Shown: positions 27,417 through 40,992, counted from the first letter of the stretch. The stretch is DNA of 64,000 bases from Octopus vulgaris (GCA_951406725.2 OX597817.1:60202001-60266000), one strand, 5' to 3'. The notes: generated by a model from the sequence alone, not told the origin. A program made the numbers and translations.

Positions 27417-27640
27417 GCACAAGGACACAAATGCATGCGCACATAAGGATACGCATCTAAGAAGAACAGAATGGAGTAAGTAGAGCAAGAACACACATGA
27501 AAACGAAAAGTGTCGCTGAAGAGGTCACAGATGTGTGACAAAAGATTTCCAGATAATGGACATGAGTTAGAATAAGAACAAGTGTATAGTGCGTGTTTAT
27601 TTGGCAAAAAAAAAAAATGGCCGTCCCGAAATACAATATA
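26670..27640. mobile_element. Penelope-type inverted pLTR pair with hammerheads
   Basis: Arms ~26670-26890 and ~27450-27640 are reverse complements. tgtcg-CTGAAGA-g-gtcacagatgtg(c/t)gac-GAAA-gatttc occurs at 26791-26835 (minus) and at 27511-27555 (+, GAAA changed to AAAA). Confidence 0.7.
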
Positions 27641-27655
27641 TATAAATAAATATAA

Positions 27656-27748
<93 letters not shown>

Positions 27749-27754
<6 letters not shown>

Positions 27755-27880
27755 TTTATAGAAGGAGCTTCTACAGGACTAGAACTGTTTCATTCAAATG
27801 AAATCTTCAGGAAGCTTCCTGAAGATTTCATTTGAATGAAACAGTTCTAGTCCTGTAGAAGCTCCTTCTATAAAATAAAT
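27749..27880. repeat. perfect 132-bp palindrome made of two back-to-back hammerhead ribozymes
   Basis: Symmetry centre aag|ctt at 27814/27815. Each arm reads AGCTTC-CTGAAGA-t-TTC-attt-GAA-t-GAAA-CAG-ttctagtc-CTG-TA-GAAGCT. Confidence 0.9.
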
Positions 27881-27945
27881 TAATTTACTCTGCTATGTAT
27901 TGAGTACCTTATTTACTGTGGTTAACCCCGACTCAACCCGGGACC

Positions 27946-27999
<54 letters not shown>

Positions 28000-28034
28000 C
28001 ACGTATGTATGTATATATGGATGCGTATGTTTGA

Positions 28035-28085
<51 letters not shown>

Positions 28086-28129
28086 TATATATATATATGT
28101 ATATATGTAAATGTTTTTAATTTATTTAT

Positions 28130-28517
28130 TTGTGTGTAAAGCCAGTACACACATTTTTTTCTCTCCTTGTTTCTTTCTGTGTTCCTTTCTGTGGAAGAGC
28201 GTAGGCTCGAAACGTTAAAGACTTTTTCAATTCCCGAGCGTTATACTAATACATCTGTTTGTTTTGTACACCACCTGTCTTCGTCTTTTGTTTTTTTCGT
28301 GAACACTCCCTCAAAATGTGACCTCGTGTGTACCGTTGGCGATTTTTTTCCCTCCGTCTTCCTTTCTGTGGATCTTTCCTTCTCCTATGTTTCCGACGAA
28401 GAGCTCCGCTCGCAACGTTAAACCCTCCTTGTTTCCTTCTTTCCTGAGCGTCCAATGATACTATATTTGTTCCACGTCCTCGCGTTGTTGTGATTTTTTG
28501 TGTTTTCTTGTTTGGAT

Positions 28518-28522
<5 letters not shown>
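28130..28522 (+). mobile_element. Penelope-derived repeat with two tandem hammerhead-like motifs
   Basis: cttt-CTGTGGA-a-GAGC-gtag-GCTC-GAAA-CGTT-aaag (28185-28220) and gttt-CCGACGA-a-GAGC-tcc-GCTC-GCAA-CGTT-aaac (28389-28423). Second copy of the first half at 52705-52890 (minus). Confidence 0.65.
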
Positions 28523-28557
<35 letters not shown>

Positions 28558-28922
28558 ACAACACACACACACACACACACACACACATTAGTAGTATAAG
28601 AGAAAATCGCCATCATAATGTAAATACATCGTTGAAAAGCAAATTTACTGCTGTATTCGTCCGGAGATAACATCTCTTATGGAAGAACTGAGTTTAAAAC
28701 AACAATAAGGACTGCAAAATTAACAGATATTTAATTATATCAGTTGCAGCGTGTTGAAAAGATATGAGTTAACGACGATGGGATTTGAAAAGAAATCCGA
28801 AAGGGACGTAGCTAAGCACCAAAAGACATTTATTCAGTTCGATGCTCAACCATTTCCGATCCTCTAAAACAAAGCAAAGCAAAGCAAACGAAAACGAAAT
28901 GATAAAGCGGTTTATGACTTAC

Positions 28923-29004
28923 TGTGGCGGTTTGGAAATCTTCGACGCTGTTTCTCGAAGGATTTTTTCCAGTTCTTTGAACTCTTGGATATATTTCGGG
29001 TTGA
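28923..29004 (-). CDS. uncharacterised protein, coding exon 5
   Basis: Acceptor cttcttttaacag, donor CA|gtaagt. 82 nt, phase 1 to 2. Encodes VNPKYIQEFKELEKILRETASKISKPP. Confidence 0.85.
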
Positions 29005-29162
29005 CTGTTAAAAGAAGTTCGATAAAAACAGGCATTTTCTTCATAACATAAAAGAATCGATGTTAATATATATATATATATATATAAAATATTGATAATA
29101 ATATTAGGGAGTATAACTCCAAACTTACAGGCAAAAATTCAATTTAGTATTAAATCAAATTT

Positions 29163-29228
<66 letters not shown>

Positions 29229-29414
29229 TATATACACACACACATACACATATGTATAGGTGGGTACAGAATGTAATATAAATTATTGAACGACATAGGA
29301 ATAACAGTCACGTAATCAACTTCTCTTTAGCTTACAGCTGTTTGTGCTGCGACAAGCAGTGCACTCTGGGCTTAATGCTTGTGCAACATCTTATAGTTTC
29401 CTTGTAGCCGTTAT

Positions 29415-29496
<82 letters not shown>

Positions 29497-29503
29497 ATGT
29501 ATG

Positions 29504-29585
<82 letters not shown>

Positions 29586-29651
29586 TATATATATACACAC
29601 ACAAACATATGTATATTAGAATGTTTGGAGGTGATGTACAGGTATTATATA

Positions 29652-29731
29652 TTAGAAGAAATAAGGTACTCAGAAATCTGGATGGTTTTCTATTTACAGA
29701 TCCAGATTTCTGAGTACCTTATTTCTTCTAA
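29652..29731. repeat. hairpin: 32-bp perfect inverted arms with a 16-bp spacer
   Basis: ttagaagaaataaggtactcagaaatctggat and atccagatttctgagtaccttatttcttctaa. Confidence 0.9.
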
Positions 29732-29831
29732 CATACATACATACATACATACATACATACATACATACATACATACATACATACATACATACATACATAC
29801 ATGCATACATAATACATACGTGCATACATAC

Positions 29832-29906
<75 letters not shown>

Positions 29907-30390
29907 GTATATATAAAATTAAAATTAAGTGTTAACCTCTGACGAACTTTTCAGACGACTCAAAACCAAGTTTCTGAAAATGTTTCTGTTGATGTGTTTT
30001 AACCAAAGTTAATTATTAAACGAATCGATCTTTTTTCTTCGTTACGAGTGCAATTATAATTGACGGTAATCGTTTGGCTCAAGCCATTAAATGAATATAT
30101 TCGCATTAACTCATGTTACATCACAGTCTACAAGAGAGACTAACTACTACACACCATATCATGCTCTACTACAAACGATGTGCCCTGTTGTGAATCTACC
30201 AAATAGCTTTGTGCTTAACCATGCTCTGCCTGGGACTACTATTACTGTATCATGCTCTACGAAACACTACGGTATCGTGCTCTATCAGACACTACGGTGC
30301 TGTTTCTTTTTAGCTCTACTGTGCTCTACCATCCAATCTTGCAAGGTGCAGGCGCAGGGTGGCATGCTATAAATGACAGTTCTGGGTTAC

Positions 30391-33300
30391 CTTTACCAAA
30401 AGACTTTAAATTCGATTTAGACGAAGGATTCTTGGGTTGTTTATGAAGCTTTAAGATAAACATTTCAGATTTCGTTTCTTTCGTCAAACAGGTTTTTTTA
30501 ATTTTCACTTTTTTCCTCAGAAAACATTTTTTATGGTATTCGCCAATATTATCTTCATTATTCGATGTAGACCCTGCCGAATCGTTGGACCTGACCAAAG
30601 TCTTCAGCAGTTTCCCTTTCAGTAAATTATCATTTTCCGAATCCGTCTGTTGCCTTTTTATACTTCTTTGTGGAATTGTTTTCATATTATTAACGCAAAC
30701 ATGTTCTTTTCCCCGACGAAAAAGCAGATGGTTACTCGAATCGACTGCGTTTATTTTCTTTTTTTTCGTAGACGACATTCCAGCGGAGGTTCTTTTCTTA
30801 TTGACGACCAAATCTTTATTCGGTGAAGTTAGATATCGGTTGCGTATACAGTTGCACTTGTTGTTCCTGCAATTATTTTGATTAAAAGTGTTTAGTTTGG
30901 AACCATTAAAATGTTTCGCTCTACTGCTTTCATGCGGATGCATATGTGCCGGAGTGAAGGTATTTGTTGGCGACAGGCTGTTTAACTGAGTTGATAAAGC
31001 TCCCTTCGAAGAATCTGTGCCACATGAATCAGTAAAGTCTTTCGAAGATGATTTGCTATCTGCAGCATTCTTGGAGTTATTTTTCGGTGATAATGGTGAG
31101 CTGGGAGGGAGTTCTTGAAATGAAGAACCTACGAGGTTTGGTAATTTATCGCTCTTGTATAACAACGGTAAACTATGATAATACACTTCAGCATCTTTCA
31201 TAGCTGTACATGAAAGGGAATTTGTTTCGTCATCAACCTTCAAATAAGTGTTTCTATTAATACATGTTTCAATTTCTGTTGCCAATCCTTCATCGATCGG
31301 ATCAATAACCAACATATTTCGGTGTCTGGCCATTTCGATTTGTGTCTCAACGTTTTGATTCGGGGTCATAGTTTTATCATTTGGATTCGTTTTACAGTTA
31401 GGAACAACATGCTTTTGGTTTATTGATTTTGTCGACACTGTAGCTATTGACGGCATATTCTTCGATTTGAATTTCGATTTACCATTTCGTGTGTGATTTT
31501 CAGGCATTTTAGAATCGTTATCAGAAATATTCCTTCGTTTCTTCATTTCTGATTCTGATACACTTGAGCCGATTTTTGGTAAAAAGGATGAATTACTTTT
31601 AACACAATTCCTACATTTCGTATTTTTAATATGGCAAACTTTGTCACTGAATTGTTTATCGCTGATCGATGTCTGAATTGTATCGACTGGCTTAGAAAAG
31701 GCGATACTGCACTTGTTTTTATCTGATACCGCATGTATGTTTGCGTTGCTATTCGACGCGTTTGAAATGGCGAGTTTCTCCATTTCACCGTCGGTTGCCG
31801 TCTTACGGTTTGGAATATTGCTTCTCGGTTTATCAAGTTTCGTAGCGTTTTCTACATCGCTCGGATTCTTTCGAACTTGTAAATTATTTTTAACATTTTT
31901 TGAATGACTAGAATCACTACTTTGACATACTTTGCTATGAAAGTTGGTCGTCTGCCCTAGTTTTTGAGAGTTTTCATTGTTATTTGTTGTAGATCTGGGA
32001 GATTTCAGAAGTAATGTGGCCCTATCATTCGATATATTCTTACAGGGTGCTGCGACTATTATAGGTTTTCTGTCAGTTTGTTCATAAGGTTTAGCAAAGC
32101 AATCCCTTGTTTCGTTCTTAATGTGATCTGTTACTGCAGTCTTTTTATTTTTAGGGTTATTTTCCTGAAACGGACTGCAAGACGTATGTTTTGAAGATTG
32201 AATGAAACTCTTTTTACGTTCAAAAATGTTTGGTAATTTTCCACCAGAGACAGTTTTTGATTGTTGTTGATTTGGTTGTTGCCGTTGTTGTCCATTTGTT
32301 TTAGTTACACTGGTCATATTGTCCGACTGCTTTTCGTTTGTTGGTTCATCTGGTACTTCCTTTGCTTCTTCACATTTTGTTGGAGTAGCCATGTTTTTAT
32401 TTAACTCCGGACTACTATTCCCAGATGAAGAATTCGGAGAGTTTATAACTATAGCTCCCAAAGGGTTTAGAATAGAACTGAAACTATAGGCGAAGCTGTT
32501 CTCTGACAGCATGGGGAATGTGTTCGTTTCAATAATTTGATCTAAAATTTCTTTATCGAAATTAAATTTAGAGCTATTCGCCTCGTTATGAGATATTTGT
32601 AATATTTCCTTCTTTTCCACGACTTCTTTCATTGAAGTGTTTTCATGACCAGAAGTAGAAACATTTCTGTGAACTGATATAATAGTTGATTTTTTTGTAT
32701 CGCAAATATTTGCGATTCCATTACTGCTATCAGCGCCATCTGCTTGGTTTTGTACTGTATTCACCCAAATATGCTCCACAAGATCCGGTTTTTCTGTTGC
32801 ACCTTCATCCAACGGAACAGAATCATCGGCCTGAGTGGATGTTTTTCTTGTAATTGTCTTTAAGATATTTACAAAATCATTTTGGACATTTCCTGTTGTA
32901 ATTTCGCTGCTTTGTTTTTCTGGGTTCGAAATGTTAATATGAAAAGTGTTACGAGAAGCAGAATCTCCTTCGAAGTTCCTGTCTGTTGCTGTTTCGTTTG
33001 TGTTATGTTTTACCTCATCTTTAGCCACAGCAAACGGCTCCCCTTTTGTATTTTCATCAACAGTAGACTGACTTGTAATATTTGGCGGATTTACATCTGT
33101 GTTCTTTGTAGATTGGATGGTAACTATGTTTGATGGTGTACCATTAACTGAATCATGCATCGTTTGCGATTTGGTGTTCGAGTCACACACGTTTCGGTTT
33201 CCATTTGGAAGAGTTCGATTAGTGTCAATCAATACAGATTCGATTGTAATTTTGGTCTTTGAATCAGAAATAACTTTTGCTTGCTTTGTTTCTGGAACTT

Positions 33301-35388
33301 TTTCATTTTGATTCGTATTAAACTGGCAATTCAACACCTGTATTGAAGGATTATTGGTTTCTTCAGTTTCTTCTTCATTCCCATTAGAAGTCTGGCTAAC
33401 AGTTGATTTCTGAGTATTGTTGCCAGGAGATTCAGTTGGGCAATTCCTTTCTGATACATCTCCAGAATTCGATGCTTCTTGCACTTTTTCTTCGCTAGAA
33501 ATCAGCATTTCTTCCAGGCCATTTGCATGATTCTTCTTATAAACTTTAAGTTTACCATTTACATTTTGCCCTAGTTCGATCGTATTTTGTTCTGATATTT
33601 CATAAATTTTTTCAGCCTTTTTCGCTGTCACGACGGCAACTAATCTTTCTTTTTGTTCAAAAATCTTCTCTGAAATAGTCTCAGGGAATTCTTGTAATGG
33701 CTTCCCCTCCGAAACTGTCTTAAAACAGAGGCTGTTTTGATCTTGGTCGTCGATAGACGCATTATGAGTATCCTTGTCATCGTTTTGCTCTTTAATAAAG
33801 TCAGAGATGTTCACCAACAGCTTCTCAGTCGTATTGTTGGCCATTTTCAATTGAGCTTGTTGTATTGTATTTTTCTGAATATAACACGTGTTATCGCCGA
33901 CGTTTATTGCAAGACATGTTACATAGTCTTTTACACCAATTCTTGCTTTAGAGACATTTGCAATGTCCATTTTAACCAAATCCAAGCAATTTTCTACGGT
34001 TTTGTGGAATGGCGTAACTTTGGAAGAGTTCCTAACATTATCTAAAATTTCGGGCGATAGACTGGAAGATGACTGCTTCGTGTTTTTATACATTTCTGTA
34101 CAATGGCTTCTAAACGCTTTTTCTATCGGATCGTTGTTCGTGTTAACGAAATTATAACCAATCCCTATCAGATCACTAGGTTTCGGATAGGTGATGTTTG
34201 CAACATTCTCCATGATATATCTTGCTAAATTTTCTTGTATGTACGCAATATCTTCGTTTCCGTCACGATCACGACAGTGGTGTGTGGTTGCAACATCATC
34301 CAGTGAAATGGTAATGGAATTTTGTTTAGACTTCGCTGTTTTGGTGTTTGATAATGAAAAATTAATATCTTTTGTCCTACATGCAACTTCTGTAGAAATA
34401 TTCCTCGCATCACCGACAGGAAATGCGGTGATATCATTGTCTGCAATGGTTGAACACTTTCTGTTATTTGCACAGCCTTCCTCATATTTCATCACATAGT
34501 TGTTCGAAGCGATATTACTTGACAAAGTGGATGCATTTGTTAACGGAGCTGTTGGCACATCAATGTCTGAGGCAACACATTTTCCTGTATTACCGTTCGA
34601 TACGGCATTAATTGAAGAACAAACACGTGAAACGTTATTATTTGTCATAACATCGTTCGATACAACGCTGCTAGAGGCGACATTACTTGAGTTACTATCG
34701 TCTGATTGGACGTTATTTACGAAGGTATCACGTGATGCGACATCTCCGCTCGAGATGGTGCCGTTTGATACAGCAATACTATTTAATGGACCGCTATTTG
34801 ATACATTATTGTCAGATATATCAAAAACTATATTTTTCTCTACATTTGATGACTCGACCGAGTTATAGAGAGCCATTTCTGTCGGGTTAATTTTTAATTT
34901 TGTTGACAGACTGTTTGGCAACTCCACAACGCTAGTCTTTTCNNNNNNNNNNNNNNNNNNNNNNNNNNNNNNNNNNNNNNNNNNNNNNNNNNNNNNNNNN
35001 NNNNNNNNNNNNNNNNNNNNNNNNNNNNNNNNNNNNNNNNNNAATCTTGTCACTTGATACGAAGGTGTAAGAACTGGGTTCTTTAGCAACTCAGCCAGAT
35101 CTGTATGTTTGAAATTCGCCATCGATAAAGCTGTTGACTTGGATTCCTTCAGGTCGTCGTTGGGAGTATTTTCGACCTTGAGACTGTGATCGACATTGGG
35201 CTTTGGAGTTGCTTCGTTTTGTTCAGGGGTTACAACAATAAGAGGAGTCGCCACAGATACTGCTGCAGCAGAAGCATTAGGGTTAGGGTTAGGGTTATCA
35301 ACAACCGTTGCATTGTTGCCGCCGTTCATTGCGTTCTGGTCTGAGCCCTGACCGCTTCCGGACGTGTTGTTAAGGGCTTCTTTATTTG
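30391..35388 (-). CDS. uncharacterised protein, giant coding exon 4 (N/S/T/K-rich, probably disordered); contains an assembly gap
   Basis: ~5 kb open frame in non-repetitive DNA. Acceptor ctaaccaacaaaag (phase 1), donor AAG|gtaacc (phase 1). The 100 Ns at 34943-35042 leave the true length and continuity unproven. Confidence 0.85.
34943..35042. other. assembly gap (100 N)
   Basis: Run of n characters. Confidence 0.99.
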
Positions 35389-36319
35389 CTTTTGTTGGTT
35401 AGCGTCATTAAAAAGAAAGGAAAAACAATTCAAACGAGAAATTAAGAACAACATCAAAACTAAATTTTCACAACATTTTACAATTGTATCAACAACAACA
35501 ACGCTAATAATAATTCTTTCTAATTTTGGCACAAGGCCAGCAAATTTGAGGGGAGGGGCAGTCGATTGCTCGACAGATACTTATTTCATCGAACCCGAAA
35601 GGATGCAAAGCAAAGTCGACCTCGGTAGAAATTGAACTGAGAACGTAAAGAGCTGGAAGAAATGCCGCTAAGAATTTTGTCTGGTGCGCTACCGATTCTG
35701 CCAGCTCGCCGCCTTAACAACTCTACTAAGAACGCGCTCTTTTTTATATCATTTCCCTGTTTACACCCGGGGGGCTGGAACCACAACTTTAAATAGTAAA
35801 TGCGTCTAAATGACCAACTGCTTTACTTTAGGGAAAACTCACATGTCATAGATAGAAACCCGAGACAAAATCAACGTGATATACAGTAGAATCCTCCTGA
35901 CAGGCTTCATTACAGTTTCCGTCTACTCACAAGATATGGGCTGATTCAAGGTTATAGAAAAATACATTTACTCAAGATATCACGCAGTGGGATCGAACTG
36001 TGGACCTCGGGTTTGCAAAGTGGACTTCTTAACCATTCGACCATACTGCACCTGCAAAGCTTAGCTGGCGCTCGCAAGTGAGTATGCCTCAATATTTTTG
36101 TACCACGTTTTCGTTGATTATTTTATATTCTTGTGTAGTTGTATCTCGGTTCTCTCAGTCTTGATCCAGCGGAACATAGGAACGACAAGGGAGAGTAAAA
36201 CTACACCATCACTAAGGTGGGACTTATTTGCAGCTGAACAGGGTAAAGCAATGTGAAAGGAAGTGTTTTGCCCAAGAACACATCACCTCATCCAGGTATC
36301 GAAACCATACGCACGAAGC

Positions 36320-36520
36320 ACCATCAATCAACACCTATACACGCTCGGCTTTGTGAGCAGACGCTGTCGAGAAGCTCCTCATGAACTGACCAATGACTAG
36401 GCCCAACTATGTGTGAACATATGCAAACTACTGGTGGCAAATCCTCGTGGTGGCCATTTTTGGCGTCGAATTGTAACTGACGATGAAAAGTGGATCTATT
36501 TTCGGAGTGCCTTTAATATG
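36320..36520 (+). mobile_element. mariner transposase fragment
   Basis: APHELT followed by [18 protein letters not shown], which includes the first catalytic D motif. Confidence 0.75.
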
Positions 36521-36581
36521 CCAGTGCGTCTTTTATGCCATCAAGTACGGTACACGCGCACACACACACACCCCCCACACG

Positions 36582-36657
<76 letters not shown>

Positions 36658-36667
36658 CATGTATGCA

Positions 36668-36743
<76 letters not shown>

Positions 36744-37364
36744 TGTATGTATGCATATATGTATGTAGTATGTATGTATGTAGTAAATGTCGAACGATGA
36801 AATGAGTGCTCAACACCGCATTGGTGGCTATAATTTCTTTATTTGTGAATTAAAGCTACCATTGGTTTCATGTTAAGGAAAATAAGAAAATATCCTAGTT
36901 TAAGGAAAACAGAGAATAGAGTTTATCCAATTTTTTTATTATGAAAGTCATTTATCGTCTTCTATTTTCGCCTATGTAATGTTTCCGCCGCTATCAAGAT
37001 GCATCTTCCGCATCTTTTAGTGCATTATGATGTTACAATCCATCAAGGGCTTCATCAGGGCATTTTGACCGCTAATTTGATTTCTTTGAAATGGAAAATA
37101 ATTCCAACCGAAAAAAAAACATTTAAAAAATTTATTTGTTCCTTTCAACTTCATGGTGGTATCGTTCCAGAAATGGCTCAAACTAACCTTTTGACCACTG
37201 GTCAAAGGGACGAATTAACTGCCATGAATGTAGGTCATATTACCATTCATCATTTTGGGGTTTTTAAGATCAATTTACTATAATTAATGTTTGCAGCTTT
37301 GGCGTCCATTCGTTTACTACTATTCATACTGCTCCACGACCAGCCTAGAATTGTCGTTCTTGCT

Positions 37365-37497
<133 letters not shown>

Positions 37498-39268
37498 GAC
37501 GACGAGCTAATATATATACACACACATTATGTGCGGGTGTCTTTCTGTTTGCGTCACCCTCTACCGCTTGAAAACAGATGTTGGTTTGTTTATGTCCTCG
37601 TAAATTAGCGGTTCATAATGATTAATTGTACCTAACTGTAATTAGGTTCCAAGAAGAGGTACATTGGGACAAATGTATAATTAATAATTAATTAATACAG
37701 AGTTTAATCATTTAGGCTTTTTAATTGCATATGTTCCCAGTAAACGAATGTTATTTACATGTTGTTGTTGATGATTGGCCATAGATCAACCTTAAACGAG
37801 CAGACGTGGTCAAAGGTATGTAAACCCTGACCATTTGGCCTTTTTTAAGTGTATCTAGGAATTCGTTATCTAATGCATCGTTTGCTTACATAAGACGGTG
37901 TGATTTGAGGGACGGCTACTTAATTTGCTCAGTCCACACAATGGGAATAACGGTCAGTTAAGCTTTTAACTACCCCGATGACACAGAGCTTGTTTATAGC
38001 TAAGTCATTAGATCCAGCAAAGCGAGAGTTAAATGTCTTATGAATTACCACTGCGTATATCTGGTTCGATCTCCTATCGAGGTTTGAACATATGAATTTC
38101 ATTTCCGCTGCCAGTGACATGCAATAAATATAAAAATAAGGAAAAGAAAAGAATAAAAACAAAGAAATGAAAATTGCGCCGCCATCTTTTGCTCGTTTGT
38201 TCTCTTTTTTCAAATAAGATGAAAAGAAAACAATAGGCCGAGGATTAACATGAATAAAAGGTTTAGAAAAAAATATCCGATGAATTAGATTGCTTCAAGG
38301 AAAACGTTAAGCAGATTAACTGTTGAGTTGTCCGAGAATGGACTTGTTGCGGCAGATAAAGGAGAATTTTAGCAAAACAATGAAGTTTTGCTAAAATTAT
38401 CCCTCTGTACAAAAGAAAAAGCATTACAAAATTTATTTTGTTATATATATTTGTTTGTGTTAATATTTAATGCCGAAGACGAAAGTGAAACCGGGAAGAG
38501 AATCGGATCCAATTTTAGTTTACGTTCTGCCGAAGCAAGAATAGTAGAGATCGAGAACTCAGTGTTTCTGTAACTAACCGATAATGATGCATTCTGTAAT
38601 CCATTGGGACGTTGGAATATTGCAGAATACTCTTATACGAACGGTTCTTTAAACGAATAAATTGAAAACAGTTTTTTTTGTGAAAAACTCGCATTGAAAT
38701 TTGATTAACGAACCACGAGAAGACTCCGTGCGCGTAAAAGTAACTAGGAGCTCATTCACTTAGCGAGCTGAATAATAAACCAGGAGCAGACTGCGCCTGC
38801 GTATGACTCACTGGGAATCTTTTCACTTCGAGAGTTGAAATTTGATCAACGAATCACGATTAAACTACGCACGCGTACAAGTGCTGCGAGAGAATATACG
38901 AATGGTACGCTAAATGAACAAATTCTATAACAAACAGTTTTTCTGAAGAAAATTATATTCGGCAAACAAACTGACATTTGAGCAACTATGCGCACATATA
39001 TGTGGCTGGGAGAATGTGTACAAATGGTTTGTTAATGTCTGAGTATACAGTTCATGCAACTTGCAAATTTTCATATTTTATGTAGAAAATATTTCTCATT
39101 ATTTATTCTAAGAACATAACTATGGATCGTTAGTAGCACAGGCATTCATAAACGCTTATATATTTATAAATAAAATGCCTTTATTATCACAACTGAATAT
39201 CAGAGTTTCACGTAACCGTTCAGCAACAGTTTGTGAAGATTTTTCCTGCCTTAATAAAATATTATACA

Positions 39269-40127
39269 TCTATATACTAATAAAAGCGAAATTCAATCTT
39301 GCTTGCAATGTTACGCAGCCAAACTGGCACATAATGGGAAAATACTGTAAAATTAAGTTTACCCTGAAATGTTAATACGAACTGAATAAAACAAATTTCG
39401 CGTAAATCGGAGCAGTAGTTATTGAGATATTCGGGGTTTGGGGGTATAAAAACCCAAAACGGTGCATAATGGGAAAATGTTCCGAATATAATTTCATCCT
39501 GGAAGGGGAGAAACTCTAACCTTTCGATTACACAGTGAAATGATAACGAAAAAAATACGATTTGTTTTTTTTACAGTAAATATATTTTTCGCTTTGTTAA
39601 ACACAATATTTTAAACATTTAGAAATATTTTTAAGCGAATGTGATTTCAAAAATATAAGTTATTTGTACAGTAAGTATTTATATTTTAGTTTCCTTTGAA
39701 CAGACAATATTTTAATGTTTTTAAAAATTATTTTCAAGTGAATACCATTACAAAATTTTTTTGGCATATTTATAGTGAAAATGACTTTAAAAATACGGTA
39801 AATATTTCGTAAAAGAACCGTTCGTAACTTCGGTGTGAAATAATTTTTTTCCATAGGCTTTTTTTCGAGTAGATTCAACGTATCTCGCCTCCAAAGATTT
39901 GGCTACTATTTCTAGTATGCTCTCCTACCACATAACAGTTATTTGCGATAAAGGACCCGAAATACCTGTTACGTGGGAGCAGAGTGTGCAAGAAACAACA
40001 GCCAAATCTTTCCTTTTCATTGGAAGCATGCGAAATAACCCGGAAAAGAAAAACCACGAAACAAAAAAATTCCGTTGCTGAGAAACTCAGACCTTCCTGG
40101 TGACCCAACGGGTCACGGGCAGTCTAG
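39269..40127 (+). mobile_element. non-autonomous Helitron (family 3)
   Basis: a|TCtatatactaataaaagcg start. 3' hairpin gtgacccaacgggtcac, then CTAG|T. Confidence 0.8.
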
Positions 40128-40916
40128 TATGCGTATATCTTTATGTATTTGCTATTGGTGGAAGGACAAATAAAACATCATTTTGTGCCTTTATGTAGAG
40201 TTTGGGTGTGGCTTGAAAGAAATTCCCTTATATGTATTTAAGTAACTCATGTAACGGACAGTTCAGTTAACGAACAGGGGTCCAGAACAGATTATGTTTG
40301 TATATAGAGACCCCACTGTGCTTCATCTTCGTGTTATATACGTCGGCACGTCAGTATAAGAGACCTCATCTGTTTCAAAAAGTCATCCATCCATAAAAAA
40401 ATACCAGTCAAATTTAACAATAATATCCTTGCTTATTACACTGGGTTCTTCCAATCTCATTAATTTCTCTCCTGCCAACTTTTCCCCGAAGAAAGACTAT
40501 GTCCGAAACGTTATATTTTCTACCCTCACAACAGCAAGTTTACTGTATTCTTTTCTATCAATTTTACTAAATAATACAAAACTCGCCGCTGACGAATGCC
40601 AACACCAGTCTTTTTGGAGTCTGTTTGATTGTATGTGTATGTGTGTGTGTGTGTGTGTGAGTGTGTGTGCGTATATGTGTGTTTTGTATGTGCTCCCCCG
40701 CTTGATAACCAGTGCTGGTTTGTTTACATCCCTGTAACTTAGCGGTTTGACAAAAAAAAACGGATTGATTTAAAAAGGATAAGTATCAGACTTTAAACGA
40801 AAAGTACGGGGGTCGCTTTGTTCAACTACCCCCTGCCCCCACAGCGTCCCAGTATAGCTGCAGCACAATAACTGAAACGAATAAAAAGAAGGTAAAAGAT
40901 AATGGAATGATCTTAC

Positions 40917-40992
40917 CAAAACTGGAACTGGGCACAAGTTCAGACTGATGCTTTCCATCTTCATTGGAAACTGGTTTGGAAGAAGATTCTAT
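40917..40992 (-). CDS. uncharacterised protein, coding exon 3
   Basis: Acceptor ttcaatgtttacag, donor TTG|gtaaga. 76 nt, phase 0 to 1. Encodes IESSSKPVSNEDGKHQSELVPSSSF. Confidence 0.75.

Noticed and set aside
35277-35297. (TTAGGG)3 telomere-like repeat
   Set aside because: Too short, and it simply encodes NPNPNP in the minus-strand exon.
30326-35329. 1667-aa single-exon gene, as given in the ORF track
   Set aside because: Splice sites at 35388 and 30391 and in-phase flanking exons indicate an internal exon. Frame continuity across the 100-N placeholder is coincidental.
38524-38567. 44-nt candidate exon
   Set aside because: Weak donor (C|gtaaac), and the phase is incompatible when it is placed between exons 3 and 4.
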